A DNA stretch of 64,000 bases, from positions 100,316,001-100,380,000 of the forward strand of contig NC_088799.1 in the NCBI RefSeq assembly GCF_011386835.1, read 5' to 3'. This DNA comes from Chrysemys picta bellii (taxonomy: Eukaryota). Position 1 is the stretch's first letter. Every line of letters begins with the position of its first letter. A model generated the notes under the pieces. That model saw only the letters and a list, made by a program, of their open reading frames with translations. It had not been told where the DNA came from and made no database searches. Shown piece by piece: positions 1 to 11,712 of the stretch. The position numbers were made by a program, and so were the translations under genes.

Positions 1-1223
1 AATGCTATATGAAATCAAGGTGCATTGTATTTATCAAACAGTGTGAGTTAATGAACTTTGGTGGCAATGACTTGACCTTTTTTTACATCTGAATGTGGTG
101 CTGAATATGTTACCCTTTATGTTGCTCCCAAACCAGCCATTCTGCAGTTTGCCACTGCCTCCATCACTGACTAATTTGCTCTAGTTGAATGAGGAGAAGT
201 GCCAGAGTACTATTGGAATTGCCATTATCTAGTGAGTTGGGACAAATGTATTTAAATAAGAATTAAGGATGTTCTGGGTGTGGTGTGTGTCACATTTTTC
301 ATGTGAAAACAGACTGGGAAAGAAAAAGCTTTGTGCAGGAGAAGCAACAGCAAAGAACTAAAAGGAACTGGAATCATACTAAAAGGCAGCTGCTTTTAAA
401 AAGCGTTACTGCTGCTGGTCACTCATTTTACTGTAGTCAAAAATATATACATTGTCCTCAGAGGCAGTAGGGCCGTCACCTGGCAGCAGGCCTTGGAAGA
501 GAATAGGGGGACAGGTTGTCATTGTTACAAACAAACAGCAACCTAAGCATGCAATAACCAAGTTTACCTGCTTGTCAGGATTCCCCAATTATTCTAGATG
601 TTGTGAGACATTTTCACTAAATGGTACTATGCTACTGCCTTCTGATTTCATTACATTTGGTTCCTTTGATTGAAGCAAGTAGTTAATCATGTTATCTAGG
701 TGACCACTGGGGGGCGTACCACAGTTTGCAAAGCACACAGTTGCATCTTAAAATAATGTCAATAGCAATGTCCAAAAAGTACAGCTAAGAGTTGCGTTCA
801 TTTTACTGATGTCGGATTGTCTTAGGCCAGTTTGATTCTCTCTCATTTGGAATTTTAGCTGCTTCGTTCTAGAAAAAATGTCAATTTGAATAGCTAGGGA
901 TGGATTTACTTATAGTGAAGGGATTAAAACTGATCAGAATTAAAGGGTAGAAGTTCTCTGTTCTAAAAATAACACAGTTTGGTTCCAGTGGAGATTATGC
1001 TCAAATTTACTAGTGATTGAATTAATTAAAAGGCTATTCCGAGACTGTGAGCCTAGCTGTGAATCTGCTATATATTTGTTTTCCTTAAATATGTTTAAAG
1101 CACTGTGAATAGTTTTTTAGAAGTCCACTGATATACTTCTACAGTTAGCCTGTTAGTATATCAGTATAAACTGATGTGTGTTGGAGGGTAAGTACAAGCT
1201 TAGATTTTATCACGAGTGCTGTT

Positions 1224-1400
1224 GTGCCCTAGCCTCTGTTTGACAGAAGCTGGGAATGGGCAATGGGATGGATCACTTGATGATTACCTGTTCTGTTCAT
1301 TCCCTCTGGGGCACCTGGCATTGGCCACTCTCGGAAGACAGGATACTGGGCTAGATGGACCTTTGGTGTGACTCAGTATGGCCGTTCTTATGTTCTTATG
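1224..1400 (+). mobile_element. CR1 LINE 3' end fragment (5'-truncated)
   Basis: Nearly the same sequence as the 3' UTR of the CR1 at 5850-6021; ends in the tandem tail GCCGTTCTTATGTTCTTATG. Confidence 0.9.
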
Positions 1401-3714
1401 CTCCTGTTTTCCTACTTTGGGCGTGACCCCTTTCTGCTCCCAGCTCTCCCCCCTAGACGCATACAACACCGTATCATTCAAGAATGTCAGATGGATATAA
1501 CTACTTGGACATTCCCCCTACTTTTTATGCTAACTGCACTGGATGGGTGTCCAGTTACAGGTGTGCACTGACAACAGGTCCAAGTCTGGCTGCCCCTGCC
1601 TGGAACATGACCTGAGTGCTACTATTTGTAATGCCAAGATTTTTGTTGTTGCACGTTTAGGTGCAAAAGGAGGTAAACTCTTACCCGCCATCCTGTGCAC
1701 ACCAGCCCAGCAGGCCTGGCTAGAGTACAGGTTCAGGCTATATCTAAAAGGGTCCCCATCCCAATTATTAATTGTCAGACCCCTGCCCCCTGCATACCAA
1801 GCAAGTCTCCTTTTCAGACTGGTGAGTGACGGGGAAACGCAAATCTGGGATTTGTGCTTGCGGCCCAAGTCAAGGGACAGCCCTGTTGGTCCTCAGTGCA
1901 GCGTCAGTTGGGAATAGCTCCTCTGCTCTTTCACAGCATACCTTCTCCTTTGCACGTCTACGCCAGGAAGTGCAGATTCAGCCGCATTGCACACTGCAGC
2001 AGGCTGCCAGCTGCCTCACCAAAGTTAATTTACAATTCAAGTCCCTCCTGATAAGTTTGAAAATAATGCCAAAAGATTTCTGACCTAGACAGGGACTGAG
2101 CTGAGCTCTCCTGTTTCCAACTCACCAGCCACATGAAGCTAAATGTTAACTCCTGAGAGCTCACAGCTATAACTCTTTGATTAATGTACGAAAGGTGCTA
2201 GAGAAGGACAATCTTCACAAAAGTCGGTATTTTTACTTTACAGAGGAGTAAATGGAGCACAAGGAGGGTAAGTGGACAAGAGACCTAGGAATTGAACTCA
2301 GGAGTCCTGACACACAGTCTGTTGCTCTGATCACTACACACCACTCTCCATTTAAACTCTCCCCCTTTCAAGGTAACTACATGGTAACTACCGAAAGGGA
2401 GTACATAAGGAGCGGACCAGGGGCGACTGCATCCTCAGGTTGTTGGATCATGAGCAGGGTTAGACAAGCAGACCCAATTCTGAAGCAACTTAAAAGCTGG
2501 TGTATGTCACAAGGTGGGGAGTGAGCGTACTATGCCCCAGGGGAGCAGAAGGGGGCTGGTCGCTTGACAGGCAACCACCCAGAGTGTTAAAGTGTGAGGT
2601 GAAAAGGTGGCCAGCCCACGCTTGAACATTCTTACACCCTCCTGTTGGCTGCTTTGTCTACTAGAAACTCACCCTCACACCCCTTTGGCTTGTTAGTTAC
2701 AGGGATTCACACCCCTTACTGAAATGGAACTTCCATCACCTTGACGTCTGGTCCGGCGTGGTTTCTGAATTTGTTTTAAGATGATCTCAGAGTCAGATGA
2801 AAGGGATTTTGTGCGAGATTTTAGTTCCTCACTTGACATGCAAATAGCTCTCCTTATAAGAAGGGATCTATGTAAAATCCAAACTGGGTTTACCTGCTCT
2901 ACATAACAACCTGTGTTTGATATTACAGGCCCAGAACTTGTAGACCTATAAGGGCAAACGAATCCCTAGTGTAACACCACAGAGCCAATAGAATCACACA
3001 GATGAATTAGGCCATTCCATGCTAAAACAAACTATATTAGACATTTCCACTTCTGGCAGTGTGATTGATTGTGCTGCCTGGTGGAATCAGTATCCGACTG
3101 GCTTACAGTTACAATCTCTGTATATTGTATGTTTGTAGAAGTGCAACCTTCTCTGTTGTCAGGCCTTCCAAATAGCATACATTTATGGTAGAATCCGTAG
3201 TTTCATTGTGGAGCATCCATCCATACTCCTTTCATTCCATAGAATTTCTTTCCCCTTCCTTGACTGATAGTTCAGCACAGGTGCGTGCACATTAAAAATG
3301 GAAATTAAAGAGGAAAAATGTAAAGGCAATCAGCCAAATCTGTCCTTGCTATAGCTTCTCTGTATTTGGTGGAGTTGCCCTAGGGATGAATTCAACACAT
3401 TATAGCCAACTTGCCCCAAAGTTAAAACTGGTTAAAGAAAGTTTTATGGATGATCACAACTTTCCAAGGCTCCTCCCTAATCAGCTAAAACTGTCTAGCA
3501 GAGGCAATGTCCCTGTTCTGTGGAGACTTTGAGTTATTGAATCCAGTGCAGTGTTCCTGTGTATTGAACCATTTAAATTTTATCCATTATTATATCGATT
3601 AGAACAATCTGAATGGAACTCAGGTGCTGCCTCACTCTGGTTGGAGTGAGAAACCCCACAAGGTCATTCATTGGTGATTCAAATCTGCATTGGCCTATCC
3701 TCTGAAATGTGTAT

Positions 3715-4005
3715 GTCGGGCTGTCTGGAGCAGCTCAGGAGCGTGAATACCAACTCCAGGGCAAACTGTCAAGAAGCAGGGCACAAACCCCAAACTGGTT
3801 GTGAGTTCTATTCTTAGATTTCACCAACCAAGTTTCAAGTGTGAACTCCTCAAGCACTACAACAGCCTAACCATGGAGTCACAGACAGGCCTCTTGGGTA
3901 CTCCAGTCTCTCTTGCCACACAGGCAAATTTGCCTTTGAGATAGATGGTCCCTTACTGCCCAAAATCACAATAATATTCAGGTTACTCCCAGTCCCAAAG
4001 GACCG
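3715..4005. mobile_element. Probable LTR-retrotransposon LTR fragment
   Basis: Resembles turtle LTR sequence from recall only; no termini or TSD identified. Confidence 0.3.
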
Positions 4006-4344
4006 GTGCATGCATGCAAGGGAAGGAGAGGGTGCAGTTGGCCTCCCTATCTCCCCCTTTCTGTTCCTGCAAAGGCCAAGACACAATCAATGTTTGTGCT
4101 CCCAGAAAGGGCAAAGGAGAGGCCTCCGCAGTGCAGAGCTGGTGCTCTCAGGGGCGGCGAGTTATATGGGCCCATGGTGCCCGTGCTCCAGCAATTTCAT
4201 TCATCCCCCAGAAGGCATATGCTAATACAGCTGTTGCTGCTGGGCCACCATCAGCTGTTGATACTTTGATTACTCACTGAAAAGGGGAAGAGAGGCGCTG
4301 TCTATATCATAATTTACATGCTTATGGCATGGTCAGGCGTGCTT

Positions 4345-6021
4345 ACAGCAGGGAACGTGTGATAAACTAAACAGTAATAAGTCTCCAAGACCTGACAGTA
4401 TTCACTCGAGTTCTGAAGGAACTCAAATGTGAAATTGCAGGACTACTAACTGTCATCTGTAACCTATCATTTAAATCAGCTTCTGTACCAAATGACTGGA
4501 CGATAGCTAATGTGACGCCAATTTTTAAACAGGGCTCCAGAGGTGACCCTGGCAACTACAGGCCAGTAAGCCTCACTTCAGTACCGGGCAAATGGATTGA
4601 AACTATTGTAAAGAACAAAATTGTCAGACACATAGATGAACATAATTTGTTGGGAAAGAGTCAACATTGTTTTTGTAAAGGGAAATGATGCCTCACCAAT
4701 CTACTAGAATTGTTTGAGGGGGTCAACAAGCATGTGGACAACGGAGATCCAGTGGATATAGTGTATTTAGATTTTCAGAAAGCCTTTGACAAGGTCCCTC
4801 ACCAAAGGCTCTTAAGCAAAGTAGGCACTCCTGGGATAAGAGGGAAGGTTCTCTCATGGATTGGTAACTGGTTAAAAGACAGGAAACGAAGGGTAGGAAT
4901 AAACGGTCAGTTTTCAGAATGGAGAGAGGTAAATAGTGGTGTCCCCCAGGGATCTGTACTGGGACCAGTGCTATTTAAAATATTCATAAACGATCTAGAA
5001 AAAGGGGTAAACAGTGAGGTGGCAAAATTTGCAAATGATACAAAACTACTCAAGATAGTTAAAGCCAACACAGACTGTGAAGCGCTACAAAAGGATCTCA
5101 CAAAACTGGGTGACTGGGCAACAAAATGGCAGATGAAATTTAATGTTGATAAATGCAAAGTAATGCACATTGGAAAACATAATCATAACTATACATATAC
5201 AACGATGGGGGTCTAAATTAGCTGTTACCATTCAAGAAAGAGATCTTGGAGTCACTGTGGATAGTTCTCTGAAATCCTCCTCTCAGTGTGCAGCAGCAGT
5301 CAAAAAAGCCAACAGGATGTTGGGAATCATCAAGAAAGGGATAGATAATAAGACTGAAAATATCATATTGTCTCTATATAAATCCATGGTACGCCCACAC
5401 TTTGAATACTGTGTGCAGATGTGGTTGCGCCATCTAAAAAAGTTATATTGGAATTGGAAAAGGTTCAGAAAAAGGCAATTATTCGGGGTATGGAACGGCT
5501 TCCGTATGAGGAGAGATTAATAAAACTGGGACTTTTCAGCTTGGAAAAGAGGTGACTAAGGGGGGATATGATAGAGGTCTAATAAAATCATGAGTGGTAT
5601 AGAGAAAGTAAATAAGGAAGTGTAATTTACTCCTTCTTGTAATACAAGAACAAGGGGCCACTAAATGAAATTAATAGGCAGCAGGTTTAAAACAAACACA
5701 AGAAAGTATTTTTTCATTGTCAACCTCTGGAACACCTTGCCAGAGAGTGTTGTGAAGGCCAATACTATAACGGGGTTCAAAAGGGAGCTAGATAGATTCA
5801 TGGAAGATAAGTCCATCAATGGCTATTAGCTAGTATGGGCAGGAATGGTGTCCCTAGCCTCTGTTTGCCAGAAACTGGGATTAGGTGACAGGGCATGGAT
5901 CACTTGATGATAACCTGCCTGTTCATTCCCTTTGGGGCACCTGCCATTGACCACTGTCAGAGGACAGGATACTGGGCTTGATGGACCTTTGGTCTGACCC
6001 AGTATGGCCGTTCTTATGTTC
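4345..6021 (+). mobile_element. CR1 LINE, 5'-truncated, degenerate ORF2 reverse transcriptase plus 3' UTR
   Basis: ORF 4710-5216 has RT motifs YLDFQKAFDKV, GVPQGSVLGP and FANDTKL (FADD-like). ORF 5170-5520 continues with ERDLGVTVDSSLK and RPHFEYCVQMW. Stops and frameshifts are present; the element ends in a GTTCTTATGTTCT tail. Confidence 0.95.
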
Positions 6022-7200
6022 TCTCTTTTATTGCATCGTGTGTATAAATCAAAATCAAATGGAATGTAAGGGGATTATGCGAGGAAAGTTGCGGGCAGGC
6101 ACCGTTACTGTTATTTTTGAACAGACTATTATTGCTCATCAATGCAAGTCATCTGTGCACAGTGGGGGCACTTGACCAAAGGCTGAGTACTGCCACGGAT
6201 CAGCAGCTGGAAATGAATCTCTGCTTTCACACAGCAACCCCCCCTGGACACTAAGGTCTCATTCTTTACTGCAAGGAACTTTTCACTAATAACTGTCAGA
6301 GCTTCTCAGACCTTTACAAAACTGCTGGAGCAGAGAGCACCTTAGATCAATAGACTGAGTGGTATATGGACACAGAAGCAGTGAAGGAACAGACTAGGAA
6401 ACACAGCAATCGAGAGAAAGTAGTTAAGGGGATGATGGATGGTCTTTTGGTCTAAACACAGGATGGGAAGTAAGGAGATCTGGGTTTACTCGTGTGTGAC
6501 CTTGTGCACAGTTCTTGGCTGACCCGTGTTGTAGTTTATTATTATTATTACTATACACAACTTAAATGAAGGTGGAGTTTAGCCACTGGACATCAAATTA
6601 AGAGTGTTTAAGAACATTAATTCTCTCTCTTCATTACTTCAGAACATGAAGCAACACTGTCCCAGATCCTCCCACTGATTTCCATTACCTCTGAATATCA
6701 ACAATGCCTAACAAACAATTACAATGTGTACCAGTCTATTAACATCCCACGTCTCTATATTTTGAGACCACTAGAGGGTTTGCTAGGACTCCCCCCCCCA
6801 TCACCTTTTTAAGTATAAAGGCAGAGTGGCATGCCCTAGTGTGTGTAAGGCTCTCTGTTCATAGGTTTATAGTAGTTAGAGATGAGAAGGATCCAGATTT
6901 ACCAGAGTTAGTTCCTATGCAGTCTGTCCCCCAATGGAGACTATGAATGATTATATTTGCTCTCACACAAAAGGCTGAGAAGACCGGCTGCGAGTCCTCC
7001 CATCTCTGTGATGCGATGCCCCTGTGTACACCACCGAAAAATCATCTGGGCCATGGCAGCAAGAAAAGCCAGACTCATGTTGCGTTTGCTGTATGCAAGT
7101 CTCTTTCAGAGCGAAAGGAGCATTGTGACCCAGCTGTAAAGGGATAATCAGCCTTATTACATTTCCATTTGTGAATAATTGCAAGCAGGCCATCTACCTG

Positions 7201-7391
7201 TGTAAAGGGGGGGCTGAATCACTATTGTACGCTGGGACGGGTTCGGTCACAGAGACCCCCTTGGGACTGTCACCTGATGTGCTGAAATTACCGCTGAGCC
7301 CGTTTTCCCTGCCAACTTGGGACTCCAGAACCCTGTCTTGTTGAGCCGGACACGCTAGCCTGCTGCAACACAGACCCAGGGTCTGGTCCAC
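7201..7391. mobile_element. Probable LTR fragment abutting a Penelope insertion
   Basis: Starts TGT and resembles turtle LTR sequence (recall only); ends where Penelope-derived sequence begins at 7392. Confidence 0.35.
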
Positions 7392-8104
7392 GCAAATTAA
7401 TTCCAATTCAGCATTGCTGGCACATGATGGCATACATCACATATGTGCCATCATGTGCCAGCAATGCCCCTCTGCCATGTACATTGGCCAAACCAGACAG
7501 TCTCTACATAAAAGAATAAATAGACACAAATCAGCCGTCAAGAATTATAACATTCAAAAACCAATTGGAGAGCACTTCAATCTCCCTGGCCACTCGATTA
7601 CAGACCTAAAAGTCGCAATATTACAACAAAAAAACTTCAAAAACAGACTCCAATGAGAGACTGCTGAATTGGAATTAATTTGCAAATTGGACACCATTAA
7701 ATTAGGCTTGATCAAAGACTGGGAGTGGATGAGCCATTACACAAAGTAAAATTATTTTCCCCATGCTTATTACCCCCTCCCCCCCACATTTCCTCATATC
7801 TCCTTGTCAATTGCTGGAAATGGGACATTTTCATTACCACTACAACCTTTTTTTTTTCTCTCCTGCTGATAAAAGCTCACCTTAACTGATCACCCTCCTT
7901 ATAGTGTGTATACTAACACCCATTGTTTCATGTTCTCTGTGTATATATATATCTTCCTACTGTATTTTCCACTACATGCATCCGATGAAGTAGGCTGTAG
8001 CCCACAAAAGCTTATGCGCAAATAAATTTGTTAGTCTCTAAGGTGCCACAAGTTCTCCTGTTCTTTTTGCGGATACAGACTAACACGGCTGCTATTCTGA
8101 AACC
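7392..8104 (+). mobile_element. Penelope-like element 3' fragment (GIY-YIG end plus terminal repeat)
   Basis: Translation ICAIMCQQCPSAMYIGQTRQSLHKRINRHKS (GIY-YIG). Highly similar to 10315-10977 and ends ...CTGAAACC. Confidence 0.92.
7978..8017 (+). ncRNA. Degenerate minimal hammerhead ribozyme motif (Penelope-associated)
   Basis: GCAT-CCGATGAA-GTAGGC TGTA GCCCAC-AAAA-GCTT-ATGC. Core GAAA is mutated to AAAA and stem II has a mismatch. Confidence 0.45.
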
Positions 8105-8224
8105 TTTCACAGACTAGACTCCTTCCTTGTCTGGGCCCAATCCTTTCCCCTGGTACAGTCCTTGTTAGATCCAGCAGACATCTCAGGTGGTAAGCAGAGG
8201 TTCTCTCATAACTGGCAGCCCTTT

Positions 8225-8290
8225 TGTCACTTAGCCTCTCCGTGCCTCAGTTCCCCAGCCATTCAATGGGGATAATAATATTTCCACTCT
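8225..8290 (+). mobile_element. MIR/CORE-SINE fragment
   Basis: GTCACTTAGCCTCTCCGTGCCTCAGTTCCCC...ATGGGGATAATAAT resembles the MIR core. Confidence 0.55.
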
Positions 8291-10087
8291 CACACCTTTC
8301 CTGGCAGGTACTGTCTTTTACAGTGCCCAGCACAATGGGGCCATGATCTCAGCTGAAACTTCTAGGTGCTACAGTAATACAAATAAATAAATAATACTAT
8401 GTTAAAATATACTGATTATTGTGTGGTTGTCTAGAACCATCCTAGGATCTGATGATATTTACTGAACATAAGATGGATCCCTTTTTAGAATTTGAAAGCT
8501 GATTTCACCTTGTTGCTGGCATTTTTTATTTTAATCTATATCTCGCCTTTATCATTGTCCACACTTTAGTGCGATGGCTGACAAGAGAAGAGGCAACGCC
8601 GTTGTAACTGTGAAATGATGTAACTGAAAAGCATCTCCTCACTGCCATTATTTCTGTTCAAAACAAACGCCAAGATATCAATTCACTTTTTTTTTTTTTT
8701 TTTTTTTTAAGAAAAACAATTGGTGTTGAGCACAGAGCTGGGTAAGGAAAGCAGATGAACTTCTTCTACAGGAATCAGGAAACAGACACAAAAATGGGTG
8801 GAAATGCCCAAAGTGAGAAACTTACATAGATTTCCTCTTCCAGAAAGTGAACAAACAGTGGGGGGGGAAAATTCTGGTGCATGATTTAAAGCTGCTCTTT
8901 GGCAGATATAACTTCTGTGAATGGTTAGCCCTGAACTCACTCATGTCCACCAAAGGGTCCCCACCGGTAGCCTCCGCTCTACTGCATGTGTGGCCATCAA
9001 AGGATATTTCCGAGTTATTCATCTTAAATACAAATGCAATGGCCACAGAGAGGATTCATTCCAGGGCACCACACCGTGCCACTTAAATGAATAACGTAAA
9101 AATGTAGTGGTTGACAACACTTATTATTTCGTCTGTTGCTAGGACATACCATTTCTGCAGACGGAAGGCTGCGCCCCACTGAAGCATGGCTAATGCAACT
9201 TTCAACTCCTGGCAAATGCCACGCTGCTGGAGGACAGAATATTTATCCCATGCGCGTTAACAGAAATCTGACTGTGTGCGCATTCCTTTGGTCTCAGTAA
9301 GCTAGGTATGTGGCCAGCTTTGGATCAGAGGAAGGTTCTTTACGTTGGCACCTGGTCACATGTTTCTAATCCTGATGCTGGAAAATTGATGCCTGCTCTT
9401 ATTTCTAGCTTGTTCTCTGAACAATATTGGGAAAACTTTCAGCTTCTGGATAGGAGCCCACTGGAACCGCATGTACAGCATCAGACCAGCAGAGAGAGAG
9501 AGCATGGGGAGAAGTGCTGGAGATTTCAAAACGACTCAGCAGAACAGTGACAGTAAAATGCCTTCACCTCCCTGGTCTGGTTTGTTGCCGGCCATTTTAT
9601 TGTGTGGTGTAGCTGGATGCGGAGAACTTGGGCTCTGCTGTGCAAACAGATTGTTATATAATATATCAAATGGCATATAAAGGGCGGGCTTGTCTACACA
9701 GGAAGTTTTACCAGTTATATCAGTGTAATTAAACTGCAAGAGTTAAACCTATATAACTCCCTGGTCATTCTTCTTCTGGCATAAGAGCGGCTTTTTTTAA
9801 TTTAACTTAACCCCTTCCAAAATGACACACAAGAAACTGAAATAACCAACACCTACAAGATCTCTATCAAGCGTTCTTACAACTACAATACCCACCTGCT
9901 GAAGTGAAAAAACAGATTGCCAGAGCCAGATGAGTACCCAGAAGTCACCTACTACAGGACAGGCCCAACAAAGAAAGTAACAGAACGACACTAGCCATCA
10001 CCTTCAGCCCCCCAACTAAAATCTCTCCAGCGCATCATCAAGGATCTACAACCTATCCTGAAGGACGACCTCTCACTCTCACAGATC

Positions 10088-10540
10088 TTGGAAGACAGGC
10101 CATTCCTCGCTTATAGACAGCCCCCCAACCTGAAGCAAATACTCACCAGCAACTACACACCACACAACAAAAACATTAACCCAGGAACCTATCCTTACAA
10201 CAAAGCCCATCGCCAACTCTGTCCACATATCTATTCAAGGGACACCATCATGGGACCTAATCACATCAGCCACACCATCAGGGGCTCGTTCACCTGCACA
10301 TCTACCAATGTGATATATGCCATCATGTGCCAGCAATGCCCCTCTGCCATGTACATTGGCCAAACCGGACAGTCTCTACGCAAAAGAATAAATGGACACA
10401 AATCAGACGTCAAGAATTATAACATTCAAAAACCAATTGGAGAGCACTTCAATCTCCCTGGCCACTCGGTTACAGACCTAAAAGTCGCAATATTACAACA
10501 ACAAAAACTTCAAAAACAGACTCCAATGAGAGACTGCTGA
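10088..10540 (+). pseudogene. GIY-YIG endonuclease domain remnant of the Penelope ORF
   Basis: 150-aa ORF with AYRQPPNLKQILT, CPHI, VIYAIMCQQC and YIGQTGQSLRKRINGHKS; the 3' end is frameshifted relative to the copy at 7414-7656. Confidence 0.85.
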
Positions 10541-10850
10541 ATTGGAAAATTAATTTGCAAACTGGACACCATTAAATTAGGCTTGAACAAAGACTGGGAG
10601 TGGATGGGCCATTACACAAAGTAAAACTATTTCCCCATGCTTATTCCCCACCCACACCCCCAGGTCCTCATATCTCCTTGTCAATTGCTGGAAATGGGCC
10701 ATTTTCATTACCACTACAAACAGTTTTTTTCTCTCCTGCTGATAAAAGCTCACCTTAACTGATCACTCTCCTTATAGTGTGTATAGTAACACCCATTGTT
10801 TCATGTTCTCTGTGTATAAGTATATCTTCCTACTGTATTTTCCACTGCAT

Positions 10851-10890
10851 GCATCCGAAGAAGTGGGCTGTAGCCCACGAAAGCTTATGC
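10851..10890 (+). ncRNA. Minimal type-I hammerhead ribozyme motif (Penelope-associated)
   Basis: Stem I GCAT/ATGC; core CCGAAGA plus an extra A; perfect stem II GTGGGC-TGTA-GCCCAC; GAAA; loopless palindromic stem III AGCT; predicted cleavage triplet CUU. Confidence 0.7.
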
Positions 10891-11574
10891 CCAAATAAAT
10901 TTGTTAATCTCTAAGGTGCCACAAGTACTCCTGTTCTTTTTGAGGCTACAGACTAACACGGCTGCTATGCTGAAACCTGAAATAACCCACTCATTCCAGA
11001 ATAAGTTTCTCCATAGTGGAGCTGATAACCGTATCAGTTTAAATTCACATTGTAGCTTATACCGGTAGAACATTCCCATGTAGACAAGCCCTCAAGCTGA
11101 CTAAAGTCTAGCTACAGCAGTTGCCTTTAAAAAGCCAGTTTATGCCAACATTTGCCCTGAGTGGCATCTGAGATACCACAGGTCTGCCTTATATTAAAAC
11201 AGGAAATCCTTGTGTGGGAACCGCTGTTAAATAGGGAACTTTTTAAAGGGGAGCCACGATATATACCTTAATGCAATACAATATTGTCTGTTGTTACAAT
11301 AACATTCTCCACCCCACTGTGGTGATAAGAGAGGCAATGACTGAATTTCTTTGTTTCACCAGCACCCATCTTTCTGGTTGCATGCATGGGACCGGCAAAG
11401 TAAGATGACCTCACCACTTGCTAATTAATCAGGGTTAAGAGTTCATTAAGGCATGGTCAAAAGAGGAAGTAATTCAGAAGCCATGATGACATTCATGAAA
11501 AGAAACATCACAAACACATGACAGCAGAGTTTCTTGATTTTACATATTGTGATTCTACAAGTGCCTTTCAGAAA

Positions 11575-11712
11575 CATAGGTGTGGGAACTAGGGATGCTG
11601 GGGGGGGCTGCCACACCCCCTGGCTTGAAGTGGTTTCCATCATATACATGGTTTACAGTTTGGTTCAGTGATTCTCAGCACCCCCACCGTACAAATTATT
11701 CCAGCACCGCTG
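11575..11712. mobile_element. hAT-type MITE (138 bp)
   Basis: Perfect 8-bp TSD TTCAGAAA (11567-11574 and 11713-11720); imperfect termini CATAGGTGTGGGAA...TTCCAGCACCGCTG. Confidence 0.8.

Larger units (their letters stand above)
9848..10977 (+). mobile_element. Penelope-like element, 5'-truncated (RT C-terminus, GIY-YIG endonuclease, terminal repeat)
   Basis: GIY-YIG motif NVIYAIMCQQCPSAMYIGQTG. 10-bp TSD TGAAATAACC at 9838-9847 and 10978-10987. Confidence 0.95.
9686..11091. mobile_element. PIF/Harbinger-like MITE split by a Penelope insertion
   Basis: Inverted termini GGGCTTGTCTACA (9686) and TGTAGACAAGCCC (ending 11091); the interior is interrupted by Penelope 9848-10977. Confidence 0.7.

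Noticed and set aside
4710-5520. RT ORFs as a host gene or active retroelement
   Set aside because: 5'-truncated CR1 with stops, frameshifts and a mutated catalytic motif (FAND).
6440-8290. One MIR split by 1.7 kb of nested inserts (head 6440-6510, core 8225-8290)
   Set aside because: The pieces are collinear, but I found no TSD and 6510-7200 is unexplained; two independent fragments fit equally well.
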